Source: Octopus sinensis | Lineage: Eukaryota | Direction of reading: 5' to 3' | Assembly: GCF_006345805.1 (NCBI RefSeq) | Contig: NC_042998.1 | Coordinates: 64,852,001-64,916,000, forward strand | DNA length: 64,000 nucleotides | Notes under the pieces: generated by a model | What the model was told of the DNA's origin: nothing | What the model saw: only the letters and a program-made list of their open reading frames with translations | The model's database searches: none | Shown here: positions 43,305-57,564 of the stretch, one piece after another | Layout of the letters: each line of letters begins with the position of its first letter | Position numbering within the stretch: the first letter of the stretch is position 1 | Translations under genes and position numbers: made by a program

Positions 43305-43778
43305 CTAAAGCAAAGTAAAAATAGGAATTATACGTTTGGTTTTCTAATCTGTGGTATTATTATAAGATATTCCGTTACTGCCATTGCTTTCTTATCATTT
43401 CTAGAATTGTCAATAGCAGTGTAGAGAGATGGATTCTTCTTTATAAATTCGTTTTACTAATTTTTACAGGTAATCAGTAATAAGTATATAGAATATAGTG
43501 GACATGTTTACGGGTCCAAACTAACTCTATCCGAAACTAAATGATATAGTGTTTAGCAACATTATTCTGGAAGATCATCGTAACTATACTTATGAAATTT
43601 GCTGTCAACTATTAAAGATTGAAAACAAGAAATATCATCGAGTTAACTATTTATGAAATATATAATTTTAACATGAATTAAGTTGATCAAAAGAACGGGT
43701 CCACAGAGTTGGCGTTTGTTACATGAAAACAAAATATTATTTTCGTTGAATTCTACATAATGAAGATATGAAACTTAC

Positions 43779-44000
43779 CTTGAAGTAAGGATGATCTGCA
43801 TCAGGGTATCGGATGACTCCAACATCGACAACACTACGTTCCGCATAATCGTTCTTAACGATAAGTGATTCCAAACTGTCAACAGTTGCACCGGTGAGAC
43901 CAACGATGTTTGCAAAATCAACGATATCAATTCTGGTGGCAGCCAAAATATCGGCGTCTTTGATGAGATCATTTGCAAACCATAAAGCTACAGCGTCAAC
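43779..44000 (-). CDS. Exon 6 (222 nt, phase 0-0): VDAVALWFANDLIKDADILAATRIDIVDFANIVGLTGATVDSLESLIVKNDYAERSVVDVGVIRYPDADHPYFK
   Basis: Acceptor tttctcattaatcctctaag; donor AAG|GTAAGT; open frame. Confidence 0.92.
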
Positions 44001-44464
44001 CTTAGAGGATTAATGAGAAACGGAATTGACAACAATATATACCACATTATCAGTGCTTAACTCGATTTGGCGTTCCGAGTGACATAATTAACAGACAAAT
44101 TTAAAACGATGAAAATTAAATTGCTAATTAATTTCAAAATTTTCTAATGGATATGCTTTAGGCATCAACCCCTAATTACATTGAATTATACACTATATAT
44201 GCCCCTAATTATACATTATATTGTTATTAAGTAGTCCTGAAGCTTTGCCTCCTTGTATACTCAACAATGCCTTATAAAATATAGTGGAGCAGAGAATAAG
44301 ACGTGATTTCTGTTGCTAAAATGTTGACTAGGCAATATATTCTTTTCTACACTAGCCACAAGACCCGAATTTTTTTTTTTTTTGGGGGGGGGGGCGGGGG
44401 TAGTCGATTACATCGACCTCAGTACGCAATTGCTGCTTAATTTATCGACTCCGAAAGAATAGTA

Positions 44465-44645
44465 GTACCTGTATTTCAAGAGACCAGCCTTATTACCCCT
44501 TCTGCCACCCTGAATCTCCCTAACAAGTATGTGAAGGGGTTCGTGTGTCTGGAGTCATCAGCCACTTGCACATTAATCTCACGAGAAGCTATTCTATTGA
44601 TCGGATCAATAGCAATCCTCTTTATCGTAAGCGACGGAGTGCCAG
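44465..44645 (-). mobile_element. SINE central-domain fragment in intron 5
   Basis: Reverse complement aligns to 33915-34095. Confidence 0.7.
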
Positions 44646-44920
44646 CATATATATATGAGTTATTATTTGGACTTTGGGTATATGTCAATTAGTTTACATA
44701 CAGTACGAGTGAGTATAACATGCACGCAGGAATTCAGTATATGTAGTGGGATATATTTTATACCGAACACCTGAGGTGACACACATTGCATTGGTTGATA
44801 CAACACAACGAGATGCTCAATATCCTACCCGAAAAGGACACGCTGCAGGATGGGCCAAGACGATCATCGCGTTGAATATCGATTTGTCCCAAATACATTT
44901 TCCGTTTCCCTCATCAATCT

Positions 44921-44999
<79 letters not shown>

Positions 45000-45433
45000 T
45001 TGTGTGTGTGTGTTTGTGTGTATGTATGTGTGTGTTTTTGTTCCCAACATTGACCCTTCATAAATCCTAAATTTTATTTTAGAATTTATGAAAGTGTCTT
45101 TGGGGACACACATTGTCGTTCACTGTTCGAAATGATGAATAGATAGACAGCCGACAACATATGAAGGGTTGTTTTTCTGTGTTTACTTGTCCTGTTTCTT
45201 TTGGCTATCTTATTTATAATATAGATATGTGAAGAAACTTGTATTCCACTTAATGATTGAGACGTTCATGATATTAGCCATAAAGAATACAGAAGAACAA
45301 ATCCACACAAAACTAAATTTATATTTTTACTTCAACAGAACCAGGTGTAATAATTATTATTTGGTTGTAACACATTGATATATAAGTTTATATTTCGTAG
45401 ACAACCTAAGAAGAAAAAAAAGAGGTGACTTAC

Positions 45434-45634
45434 TATTTCTTGATCAATGGAATTTGTGGCCAATCGGAACTGTCCAAAACTTTTGGAGCTGCTGCGGACA
45501 ACATCTTCGGTATCATCTGAGGTGACGAATTGGTTTTGTGTCATTGTGGCGACATATTCATTGAATGTGATGTTTCCGTCTTTGTTATTATCTCTCATTT
45601 TTTTCATCAGTTTGTTGGTTCCGGCGATCATGAT
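45434..45634 (-). CDS. Exon 5 (201 nt, phase 0-0): IMIAGTNKLMKKMRDNNKDGNITFNEYVATMTQNQFVTSDDTEDVVRSSSKSFGQFRLATNSIDQEI
   Basis: Acceptor ttctggtttttcttag; donor ATA|GTAAGT; contains the EF-hand-like loop DNNKDGNITFNE. Confidence 0.92.
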
Positions 45635-45889
45635 CTAAGAAAAACCAGAAATATAAGTTAGTACTGTGGTTAGTCAAAATGTTATTTTAGAACTGTTAAA
45701 TAGTTATTAAATGGAAGTAGTGTCTTGCAGATGCATACCGTTTCCATTGTAAAACATTTACACACAGAAACACTTAGGCACTCACGCGCGTTCTCACACA
45801 CACAGACACACAGATTTTCATAAGTATAGGTATTTCATTTTCAAAATATTTGGTTTCATCAATTTTAATAATAAATCTCTGATCGTCTC

Positions 45890-46275
45890 TATGGGTCAGT
45901 CACATTGAGGTGGCAAATATATTTCACGATATCGTGCTGCTTCTGTTTTACATCTTCCTCAGAAATTCATTATTGCTTGTTTATCTTTTTCTCGAGATCA
46001 GCGATGGTTTGTCACCGGAGAAAGCATATAGTATTCTTGCGTTTGGAATCAGATCTCGTCCCTTGCTGGTGATTGTCACATGCTGATGGCGGGTTACCAT
46101 CCAGAAACCTGGATCAGTGTGTATCACGTAAGGCTAGAGATGGGAACAATGATTTCCATTTGAAAATACTGATCGGACACAGACAGTGTGTCGTTAGCCA
46201 GCTGAAGAAGATGTCTTCCTAGGGATGTAAACAAGAGTAGCATCGTCCCTTATGGGTCAGCCACGTTTTGAGGGC
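45890..46275 (+). mobile_element. Decayed copy of the 58.8-59.4 kb fold-back family in intron 4, with a degenerate hammerhead at 46077-46121
   Basis: gaggtggcaaatatatttc and gatgggaacaatgatttccatttgaaaatactgat align with the right arm at 59190-59445. Confidence 0.7.
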
Positions 46276-46411
46276 CTATATAACTCATAATATACATAGC
46301 TAGGCTTTATGAAAATTTTCTATCCGAAACCAAATTGGTGTTTGTGAATATATGTAAATATGTGTGTGTAAGTATATGTGGTTGTCTATATATTTTATAC
46401 GTGTATGTATG

Positions 46412-46483
<72 letters not shown>

Positions 46484-46572
46484 TGAATACATACATATAT
46501 ATAATATATATATATATAATATATATATATATATATTATATATATATATATTATATATATATATATATACAC

Positions 46573-46643
<71 letters not shown>

Positions 46644-46701
46644 ATGAATAAAATGTATATAGAAAATTAGACGTAAAAGTATAACATTCATTTCAACTAA
46701 C

Positions 46702-46889
46702 TTGCAACTCTTGGTCCATTGCCCTGATTACTTCAGATGTAAGGTTACTATAACTGGCAGCCAAGGTGCAGTGGTAGGGAATCTGTTTTGTCTTTACGAT
46801 GTCTTCTGCGGTGTTACGGGACCACATTGCTCTTGCTTCGCCTATGATCATGCCTGCGGTTTGCAAGCCAGTCTTTGCCTTGGCAAGAC
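46702..46889 (-). CDS. Exon 4 (188 nt, phase 1-0): (R)LAKAKTGLQTAGMIIGEARAMWSRNTAEDIVKTKQIPYHCTLAASYSNLTSEVIRAMDQELQ
   Basis: Acceptor aatattttcttatag; donor CAA|GTTAGT. An in-frame TAA just upstream of the acceptor requires splicing; joins exon 5 in frame. Confidence 0.88.
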
Positions 46890-48197
46890 CTATAAGAAAA
46901 TATTATGTAAAGCGTTAATGAGTTATTTTTCATCTTCAAATGTAGACAATTAGCTAACGGAGGATAGGAATAAGGGGAATACAACTCAATAGAAGATAAA
47001 CAAATACAAGACAGACTGAGTTAATTTCATCTCTTGGTACGCTTCTTTCTGAGCCTAACCATCACTACAAATTCAGCGCACCTTCGCTACTTAGAAAAAC
47101 AGTAGCAGCACAGACGAGAGGACAGGCAGACATGAAAGAAAAGCAGACAGCTGAGCCAAGCTAATTGCTTTTAAAGAACGAACAAAGGGCTATAAAAGCA
47201 TCAGCTAAAGAACGTTTGGCTGCTGCTAAAGTTACACTAATACAAGAACAATTATTTTCAAACTCGATGGATATTTTGTCGATCGTAGAAACAATAGTTT
47301 TTCTTTGTTTACGAAACGAATATTTTTAAAATAAAAATCTCGACAAATATGTGTTCCTCTTCGTGACCAAATCTTACGATATTTCATCCTGCCAATCAGG
47401 TTAATAAACGTCCATCCTTATCTCCCTCTGTGTGTCCCCTCATTAATAGTCTGAGAAAAAAAAGCAGGTGTTAGCGAGAGAAAGAATATATATAAAACAC
47501 AATATTTTATGTAATACTCAAAATGGAGAGAGTTGTGATTCAGTAGAAATTATTGTTGCATCGACAGCATCATTGGTTAAAAACATCCATTCTAACATTA
47601 AATTTTACTCTAATGTATAGAAAATCTGCTGCATGTATTGAATTAATGGATGAATAGCTTTTCGTTGCAAGACTTATAACTGAGAAATGCGTTGTATCGC
47701 CTAGAAAGTGCACACTTGCACAACAAATGCTCATAGAAAGGCATATGGCTGAGGTTGAAGTAGAAAACTAAATCATGGGACAATTGACAGTGTAAGATGA
47801 AAGAGAATTTGTGTTACATTTGTAATGATTATGCAACGCACTAAGTAAAACACCAACGCACAGTGGTGATTATACAGGAAGAGACGTGCGTTTTATAAAT
47901 TCAATCATTAATGTACATTTTAAAGGACCATATTAAATGGGATTGTTATATATATATATATATATATCTTATTGTGGTGTCCTGTACTCACGTATAATTA
48001 TTTATATATGCATGTATATATACATGTAGATGTAGGTACGTACATATATGTTTGTATGTATGCATATATTTTTATTTATCATATATATATATATATATAT
48101 ATATATCTAATAAGCACATAAATAGAGGAATATAACATCATTTCGTATGTATATTGACTGAAATATCATTTGGTGTGGAAAATGAAGATAGACTCAC

Positions 48198-48221
48198 GTG
48201 ATCCGGCAGGGCCATCAGGAA
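48198..48221 (-). CDS. Exon 3, 24-nt micro-exon (phase 1-1): (I)PDGPAGS
   Basis: Acceptor tattttctccctctttctatttag; donor CAC|GTGAGT; preserves phase between exons 2 and 4. Confidence 0.72.
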
Positions 48222-48748
48222 CTAAATAGAAAGAGGGAGAAAATATATAAGTTAACGTATATGCTATATTGGAAAATAAAAGAAAATCAATATATTTCAC
48301 CTAATATCATTGTCATAAATGGCGTTCAACCGAAAATTTATAGAATGCTAATGTTTTTATAAAATTTGCTACTGATGCAGGAAAATATTTATTTCAGTAT
48401 ATTAACAAAATCATAGTTTCATTAAATCTGTTCACATTGTTTAGAAATTGATACCTGAAAATACCAACGCTAAATCAGTGGCGTGGGAATTTATGTGTAT
48501 TTTTAAGAATAATTCTGGCCGTTTTGCCTTTTCATTTTTCAACGGCCATTGGGACAATATCAAAATACCAGTAATTCCGAATCCGATTATCTAAGCCTGA
48601 ACAAGTCAGGTTTCTGTTCAATGCCTGCGAAACTATTAATCTCGCAGAATCGAGACAAACTGCTTTAAATAATAATATATGTAACTCTTACTAAATACAC
48701 ACACACACAAACATACGCACACACAAACACATGCATATATACATACAA

Positions 48749-48782
<34 letters not shown>

Positions 48783-48784
48783 TC

Positions 48785-49175
48785 TTTATTCTTTTATTCT
48801 TTAATTTGTCTCATTTAATCGAGCAAATCGACACCACGACTGATTCTTTGTAAGCCCAGTAATTATTCTATCGGTCTGTTTTGCCGAACCGCTAGATACG
48901 GGGATGTAAACACACCAGCATCGATTGTTAAGTGATAATGGCGTGGGGACCAAACACAGGCCTTTTATATGTATATTGACACTGGCATACAAAAGCATAC
49001 AAGCGTATATATACGATGGAATTCTTTCGGTTTCCATGTACCACATCTACTCACAAGGCTTTTGTCGGCCTGAGGCTATAGTAAAAGACATCTACATAAG
49101 GTGCCACGCAGTGGGACTGAACCTGCAATCATTTGCTTGAGAAGCAAACGTCTTTCCATAAAGTCACTCTTGTGC
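48785..49175 (-). mobile_element. tRNA-derived SINE in intron 2
   Basis: Head caggttcagtcccactgcgtggc on the minus strand; body aligns with 57565-57945. Confidence 0.8.
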
Positions 49176-49631
49176 CCGTATATATACATAATATACTATG
49201 ATATATGTACATACACGCACGCACGCACACATACACACACACACACATATATATGAAACAACGATATTTTATTCTAGACGGATTGTTTCGACTCGTTGAC
49301 TCAACCGTGTCTGCTTCAACATTGGCCATTTACACTAGCAGACGGACTTAGTTGTTCACCTACAAAAATTCTGAAGACCAGTTATGTGACGGACCTCTAA
49401 CAAACAAATCCTATTCAGAACATATACTAATTTACGCAATGAATTCCCTATAAAAACAGGGCAAATTCAAACAACTGTCTGAAGCAAGACAGCTGCAACA
49501 TAAGCTACTCATTTCTATGTGAACATTTTAAAAATGAGCCTAAATTCTGAAACCGATTAAAGCTTCAAATATTTTAATATAAAAAAAAGGTTTTTACCAT
49601 TCTCAGTGCATTTTCAAATTCTATTTTTTCC

Positions 49632-49664
<33 letters not shown>

Positions 49665-49735
49665 ATGTATGTGCGTGTGTCAGTGCGTGTGTGTGTGTAT
49701 GAATATATATGTATATATATATTTATATATATATG

Positions 49736-49766
<31 letters not shown>

Positions 49767-50019
49767 TATATATATTATATATATATGAATATATACGTAT
49801 ATATATGCATATATATATATGTATATATATATATGAATATATATATGTATATATGTATTATATATATCTGCAAATATATATATATATTATATATATATAT
49901 ATATACGAATATAAACAAGAAGGGTAGTAATATTATTTACTACCAGGTGCCCAGCACAAAAGACAAATTAGTCATAAGACAAAAATATTATTCACATAGA
50001 AAAATATTATTCATGTAGT

Positions 50020-50316
<297 letters not shown>

Positions 50317-51377
50317 ATATATATAGATATATAGATATACATAAATATATATACATATGCATATATTTATATATATATATGTATATCTATGTACATATGT
50401 ATGTACATGTATGTATAGATATGTACATGTATGTATATATATATAGTGTCCCGTCACGTGCAACAGTCTAAATGTGTATATTTATTATAACGGCTTATCT
50501 TCATCTACTTCACCTTCCAAACATCTAATGCGAAATAGTTTTTATATCAATGGCGTCAAACTAAACTGAGATATAGAAGCTAAATAAAAATATGTTTTTG
50601 TCTGTTTTTAGAATGATTGCACTTTAGGACTTTGAACTTAATAGAACGGGGATTTAATCTGGCGTTGATAATTGTCTATTATTCCTTAAGAGACCGAGGA
50701 AACACTAACAATAGAAGTTCTTATAGCCACTTAAAACATATTTCATATATTTCAGAAATTCATCATTCTGTCCGTTGGAGTAGGGAAAATGGCAGTACAA
50801 CTGGGGAAGCTTTCCAGTGTAGTCCCGATTACGTTATAATCATTCGTAAAGTCTGGTCGTGTTCATTGCGTACTAAATAGCTAACAAATCATGTTATCTC
50901 ACAAACGGTGACCTGAGTATTGTGTAAGGACAATCAACATCACTCAATGATGCTGTGCATATTCTCCATGAATTTATTGCTGTCGTATATAACGGTAGAT
51001 TCTAATAGTTAACTCAAATCCCTTCTGGAACAATATCCCACTGGATACTTTATAGAATCTGGATGAGTGAAAGAGATTCTGAGCTTAGTAAAGGCATACT
51101 TCAGAAAGTCCTTACAGTAGCATACTCAGAGCAAATTAAATAGATCCTTGCTTATTCCACGTATAGAATCTTCCCCTTGAATTTCTACCCGTAAGCCTGA
51201 AGAAAATATTTCTTAGTACGTGTTGATATTGGAACGAAAATGTAGCGTTCGCTGTAAAACACAATGTTTTCTAATATGTGTAAGCCAAAAGCTTATATAA
51301 GAAATTGTATAGCCTTTGACAGATAATTCTAATCTAGTGTATGGAAAAAACTCAATTCAGACGTGAAGAATACTTAC

Positions 51378-51404
51378 TCATGGAAACCATGTCGCTGACG
51401 GATG
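51378..51404 (-). CDS. Exon 2, 27-nt micro-exon (phase 1-1): (A)SVSDMVSM
   Basis: Acceptor gtattttcttttctgtttttcag; donor TGA|GTAAGT; preserves phase. Confidence 0.78.
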   Translation of the reverse strand, partial: HPSATWFP

Positions 51405-52460
51405 CTGAAAAACAGAAAAGAAAATACCATTTAAGAAATGATTATATTAAATTTTTTATAGATGTAGTTATATAAATGAAATCAATATACATGTTACTGT
51501 AAAAGGGAAATATATTTACTTTATATAAAATTGTCACTTAATCATTTCCAGCTGGACGTTCAGTGTTTTTTAACAGAATGCACTCTATTGTTGCTATCTG
51601 AATAACAGTCCAGTTTGAGAATATAGTTTCCAGTCAGTCGCACAAGCTCTAAAACAATCATTGACATTAACCATTCTTGATAATTGATGGCACAAAGTAA
51701 GACCGAACTAAAGTACCTTTTACACAATTTCATGCGTTATCATTTTAAGAGAAAGTTAATATTTCATGCAATTTAGAAATTTATTTTCGGTTCTCTTGGA
51801 GCTGAATAGTGTGAATTAGAATTACGGTGGTTTTTTTAAAAAAATAAATATAAACGCTCGTTCATTCATAATGAATTCTACGAAATTCCATCTTCAGAAA
51901 TAGACAGTTTCTTGATACCATTCTCCTTGGCGATTCATTTGGCATACCGTCTGCGAAAAAAACGCATCTAATCCCTCTTTGCGACCAGCGATACCCATGG
52001 CTCTCTTAAGTACACTTATACCTTTAAACGTTACTGGTCACTTGAGTTAAGCGTTTGTAGCAGGGGAACACAACGGTAGCTCTCAATATTGAATTGAAAT
52101 ATTTTCTTAAGTAAAACACCTGTGCTAGAATTGATTAAGGCGACAAGTTCGAATCGTTATGCATGGTGTATCACGAAACTTTTTGACATTGGACAGTCCG
52201 GTCAACTTCAGCACATTCGTCCTTCTTCATTAACTACACAAAAATTTGAACACTGAGGAAACTTTAAAAAAGGCTTTAAGAGTAAATTAAAAGCATTCGT
52301 TACGAGAGTAGCTCTATATAATTCATAAAACCGAAAGAATTATTTTTTCTTAATTCACATGAATTAAGTGAGTTTAACTGCTACTAAAAATCAAATTCCG
52401 ATTTTTAATTTCAGTATTTCTTGAAATAAGTACATGCTAAATAGAAATATTGATACTTAC

Positions 52461-52512
52461 CATAGCAGTATGCAATAGCGAAGAAGAAAAGGATAATTGC
52501 TTGAACCTTCAT
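52461..52512 (-). CDS. Exon 1 coding part (52 nt, phase 1): signal peptide MKVQAIILFFFAIAYCY(A)
   Basis: aatcATGA start; Lys followed by a hydrophobic core and a C-Y-A cleavage region; donor G|GTAAGT; TATA box about 60 nt upstream. Confidence 0.88.
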
Positions 52513-52532
52513 GATTAGAGATTGCAAATGAG

Positions 52533-52571
52533 CAAGTGATGAGAAATCGGTCTCAGAAGCTAGCTTATATA
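52533..52571 (-). promoter_or_regulatory. Core promoter: TATA box (TATATAAG, 52571-52564) and Inr-like TCATCACTT (A at 52540 or 52537)
   Basis: TATA-to-Inr spacing is 31-34 nt and the 5' UTR to the ATG is about 28 nt. Confidence 0.7.
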
Positions 52572-53080
52572 GGCATTTAACAGATGGTTATTTCACAGAA
52601 TGACACTAACAAAACATACGTTCAGGATTTCTTGAATTCTATTGCTCTTTTTTGCTTTTTCATAGAGCAAACGTCACTTAAGCAGGACAAATGACTTTAC
52701 AAATTGATCAAAAGCAACACAAAAAGTTTACGTAAACAGCTGGAGCATTTTATCAATAGAGGTCCCATTATCGTACGCGAAACTTAGTATCAGAAACAAA
52801 ACTGTACAAAAGAATAGCTAGTACGTAGGTCTCAATAAGATTTGATTGAACAAAATAAGCTTTCACTCGTTCTTTCTATTGTATTGGTGGGATGATAAAA
52901 AAAAGTGAATTAATGTATAGATAACACTCACATGCACACACATATGTATACACACACACACATATATATATATTTATATATATATATTTATATTGTATAT
53001 GTATTTGTGTATATGCATACACACGCATACACACACATATATATGTAGGTATATGCGCATATGCATATATATATATATAT

Positions 53081-53157
<77 letters not shown>

Positions 53158-55341
53158 ATATATATATAAGCATAGATATTTGGTTATGTACGCACACACA
53201 CAAACTCTCTCACACACACACAAGCACATGCACAAACACGTATATGAATACTCGAAAATAAATCGATATTTTCTAAACATCATTGTACAACATTTTATAT
53301 ACACACACCAACATTTGTAACAAACCGTAAAGTACAACTTACATTAATCCATTTTTTGTCTTTTGCTCGTTTTAACACTTTTACGTCCACTCAAATAACT
53401 ATCACATTCCAGAACATGGAACTCTATGCTCAAACCTTTAACTGAATTCTGACGGTACCAGCTGACAAGGCGAACAGTTCATAACTCATAGTGAATGTTA
53501 AACATTACACACCGAATACGCATAATAAAGATTCTGTCTAACCTATTCTATTTAACCGTAAGTGGTTCGTATGGCTCAATATAAAAGCACATTGTGATGC
53601 ATAGTTAAAAAACTCGATGCAGAAAAATTACTTCTAATTGTCTATTTCTATCATATAAAAGTTAATCAGTCTTATACAATGTCATTTCATGATTTATTTT
53701 GGGAACTGAATGGATTACATATCTCTTTATATATTTCTAAAATGTATCAAACTTACTACAGGGCATTCTGATTTTCTATATATCCTGTGCTCTATCCTAC
53801 TCAAATATATAACACACTAGTTAATTATTGTGATGAAAATGATCAATTAAAATAACCTCGTCGATTAGGAGTGCTTGTGACCTAAGTTTCACGCTACGCA
53901 GTCTTCAGGCTAAAATAAGTGGCGTGAAACGCACTACCGCGTAGCACGGATCAATGGGGCAAACTTTCAACTTCAGGTTCCATAACAAATGGCATTGGCA
54001 TTGGTCCGACATATAGCAACGTATATGTGCGAGTGAGTTTGCATGTGCATGTGTGTACATGTGTGTGTGTGTTTGTGCGCTCGTAGGTGTATGTGTGTTT
54101 ATGTCTGAATATAAAGAGATACATATGAGAGAAGTAGAGACGCACCAAGTTTTATGATGTTACGTCAGAAAACTCAGCGTTATATCATATATAGCTATAA
54201 TTTCATATTTATATTTACTTCGGATATGTTATGTATATGTTTAAACTAATTAGCTTTGAAAGAAATTTGGTTTATATGCTATGCAAATTTTGCTACAGTA
54301 TTATGTCCTATTCAATTATTAATGGTTCACACTGATGAAAGACCACCAAAAATATTAATATATTCCTTCCTTTCATGTTAACAAATTACAATTTCTTATA
54401 TAATTGACATAATTTGTTCAGGTCTGTAGTCAGTAACACAAAATAAGCTAAACGTTATTAGGAATATACTTTCTGGTAATATAGAACAAGTTATCAACAT
54501 TTCGAGACACATTTAATACAGAACACTACATCACTAAAAGTGAAAAGAATTATGCAAACTTAGAACTATACAGCAATCCAAATTTAAGTCTTAATATTTC
54601 CTAACATTCTATTCCATTGTCTTAGAAAATAGAGTACACATTTAATAAACCAGCCTTGCATAGTTGTTCTCGTGTCTTATGATTCACAAGGCCTGTTATC
54701 CAGTTTCTATGACGTAGATGTGATGGAAAGTAAATAATTCTTCTTGAAAGGGACAGCCGTCTGTTGTAGGATTGATTGCCCGCAAATAAGAGGGAGTGGG
54801 AAAGTCCATTATGTCGAATCCAGTACTTGACTGTTACTTTATTTTAACAACCGAAAATGACTGAAAAATAGAAGTGACAATTCAAAACCTAATGAGCTGG
54901 GATTTTGTCCGATGCTACATCAGTGCTGTGAGTTCACCACTTTTGCGTTGCATATAATTAGCCTAAAGTTAATGGACAGTAGTGAAATTAAAGACTTTTA
55001 AGACACACATGATAACTTCTTGTAACAAAACGCCATGATATGACGGAAACGCGAAACTGTAAGGTATAGCAGAATATATAAATTTTCAAGACATGTGGTT
55101 ACAGACTGATCATGAAATTGTAAGCTGTGTTGCCGTCTGAATTGTAAGATGTGTTACAGGAAGAGATAAAGACGCATTTGGAGAGTCATGCACAATGGAC
55201 ATGCATATGGTTGCAAGTTACCTGCACACATATTTTTGTATATATCAATATTAGCAAGTTCTATTGTATATACGTAAAACGAAACACACATGTATATACA
55301 CGTGTGTATGTGCCTACATGTATGCGTATATACATATATAC

Positions 55342-55401
<60 letters not shown>

Positions 55402-55760
55402 ATGTTTTTTCATGGCAGCGTCCCAGTAAGTTATTTGAGGCATGAAAACTATTTCGGCCACCGTTTTCCCCATGCGAAAACAGAATATCACGGAAGCTCG
55501 ATATTCCTTCGTTTCAGCCATCGCAAAAAAAAAAATTAAAATAAGGCGAACAGGAGAGAAGCACTGAAAAACAAAGACGCATAACGTGGCAGTACGATAC
55601 TACATGATGACGCCGGTCTGGAGATTGGTGACTGAAGTTCGAATCAAGAGGATTCTAGCGGCGGAAACCTGGACTACAATTGGCTTGTCCCAATATAATA
55701 AAGAAATAACAATTGGTTTGTCCCAATATGTATTTATGAGTGTGTGTGCTCGTGTGTGAG

Positions 55761-55798
<38 letters not shown>

Positions 55799-55882
55799 CT
55801 GTGTGTGTATACACTGATGTTTATGATTGTGTATAAAAATATGTAATAATCAAGGAAATCCTAACTTTGTCTGATTTTCAAT

Positions 55883-56152
55883 TTTTATTTACAATGTAAT
55901 AATAATATAAGATAATACAATAAAATGCTAGAATATTAAATATCCATTTTGATGGAACCAGTACTTTCATGCGTTAAACTATGATATCTTCAGGTTCTGC
56001 AAAACATAACTGTCACCACTATTACATGAACCTGAAGATTACATAATTTAATGCATGAAAGTACTATTCCAATCAGAATGGATGTTTAATATTCTATCAT
56101 TTTATGATATTATATTATCTTATATCATATTATTATAAGATTGTAAATAAAA
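55883..56152. repeat. Diverged inverted repeat, about 115-125-nt arms, 30-nt spacer, one hammerhead-like motif per arm
   Basis: Left arm 55883-55997, right arm 56028-56152. Right: GAAC CTGAAGA...GAAAG TACTA. Left (minus): GAAC CTGAAGA...GAAAG TACTG GTTC. Both arms end outward in AATAAA. Confidence 0.85.
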
Positions 56153-56157
56153 GTTTA

Positions 56158-56707
56158 CGAGTGGTTTTCATGCTTTAAAAATTGACACCTGTCGCTTGAA
56201 GATCAACCACGTTAAGGGTGAACGTCGACCCCATGAACGATTGGAAACATGAAAATTCGTGAATTGATCTTGTTAATGTGACTGGTCTATCTTGGATCTC
56301 GTGTCAAGGAATTTTGAATGAGGAATTGCGATTGAAAAGTGTTGCAGCAAAATTTGTGCCTTGCTTGCTCACAGAAGATCAAAAGAATTCACGTGTTGTG
56401 AACTGAAAGAAAAGTTGGAGGATGATCCAGACCATTATTCGAAGGTTATCACCGGTTTCGGAGGCTGGCGCTAAGGAATCTTTAGGTGTGGAAGAGATGA
56501 AGAAAACAAGAAAAGAAAACCGACGGAGGCGCTAAGAGGCATCACTTCACAAGAGTTCCAGGCCTGATTTGAACAGTGGAAAACGTGTCTAGACCGATGC
56601 ATTGCTTCAAATGGAGAAAAATTTTAAGATGATAATTGCGTAATCAATGAAAAAACTAAGTGAATAAATAGTTGTAAAATTCCAGTTTCTGTTGGGTACT
56701 CCCTCAT
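56158..56707 (+). mobile_element. Internally deleted mariner remnant with right TIR
   Basis: ILNEELRLKSVAAKFVPCLLTEDQK, KVITG and WKTCLDRCIASNGE, then the TIR-like aattccagtttctgttgggtactccctc. Confidence 0.75.
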
Positions 56708-57179
56708 ACACACACACATACACACCCGCATGCGCACATACACACATATATATGTCTGCATATATGTATATGCATGTATGTGTGTGTATACACACACATA
56801 GGCACACGAATCAGCATTATATAAAAATATTCCTGTAAGATAATGCTTTACGCGTTCAATTCTATCAAAGAGACCATTTGCTAAAATATTCACAGGAGAA
56901 AAGTTCCCTTCCCAAATCAAATATGCGCTTTGCTATGGGCCGTGAGAGACGACATATCGTACGTCGCATACGCTTCTGTGTCGTTTCTGTTCATCAGCTA
57001 CGGAAACTAAGTCAGTATTCACTGAGTGCAAGGATATAATGAAGAAAAAAGCAGACGGATTGTCTGTTGGTATGCCAGTAGGTTAGACATACCCGGAAAA
57101 AAATGTCTAATGTTGCACAGCTCATTCGTGTCGTAGGTGTTCGTCTAACTGGCTAATACCTACATACACACATACATAC

Positions 57180-57247
<68 letters not shown>

Positions 57248-57564
57248 TATATGTATATGTTTGTGTGTGTGTGTGTGTGTGTATGAATGTATGTAGGTAC
57301 GTCTCCTATATTATTATCATATTCCTACAAGCATCATATAAATTATCATTATATCGGCAGCTTCATGTAACTTATTGAGAGAAAATTACTGTTGAACTAA
57401 TCGCTTTGGGGTAAAAGGTGTATTACACCCGAATAAAAATAAAACTGAATGAGAATATTTTTCGTCATAGAGAATGAAGTTAGAGCGTGGAATATATCTG
57501 GTAACTGGGTTTCACTATTTTGTCGCTGGATGTTTCTTTTTATTTCCTTTTTTCTTCTTTTATT

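Noticed and set aside
49129-49329. ORF MANVEADTVESTSR... as first exon of the minus-strand gene
   Set aside because: No good phase-1 donor, it runs into a (TG)n repeat, and a much better exon 1 with TATA box and signal peptide exists at 52461-52512.
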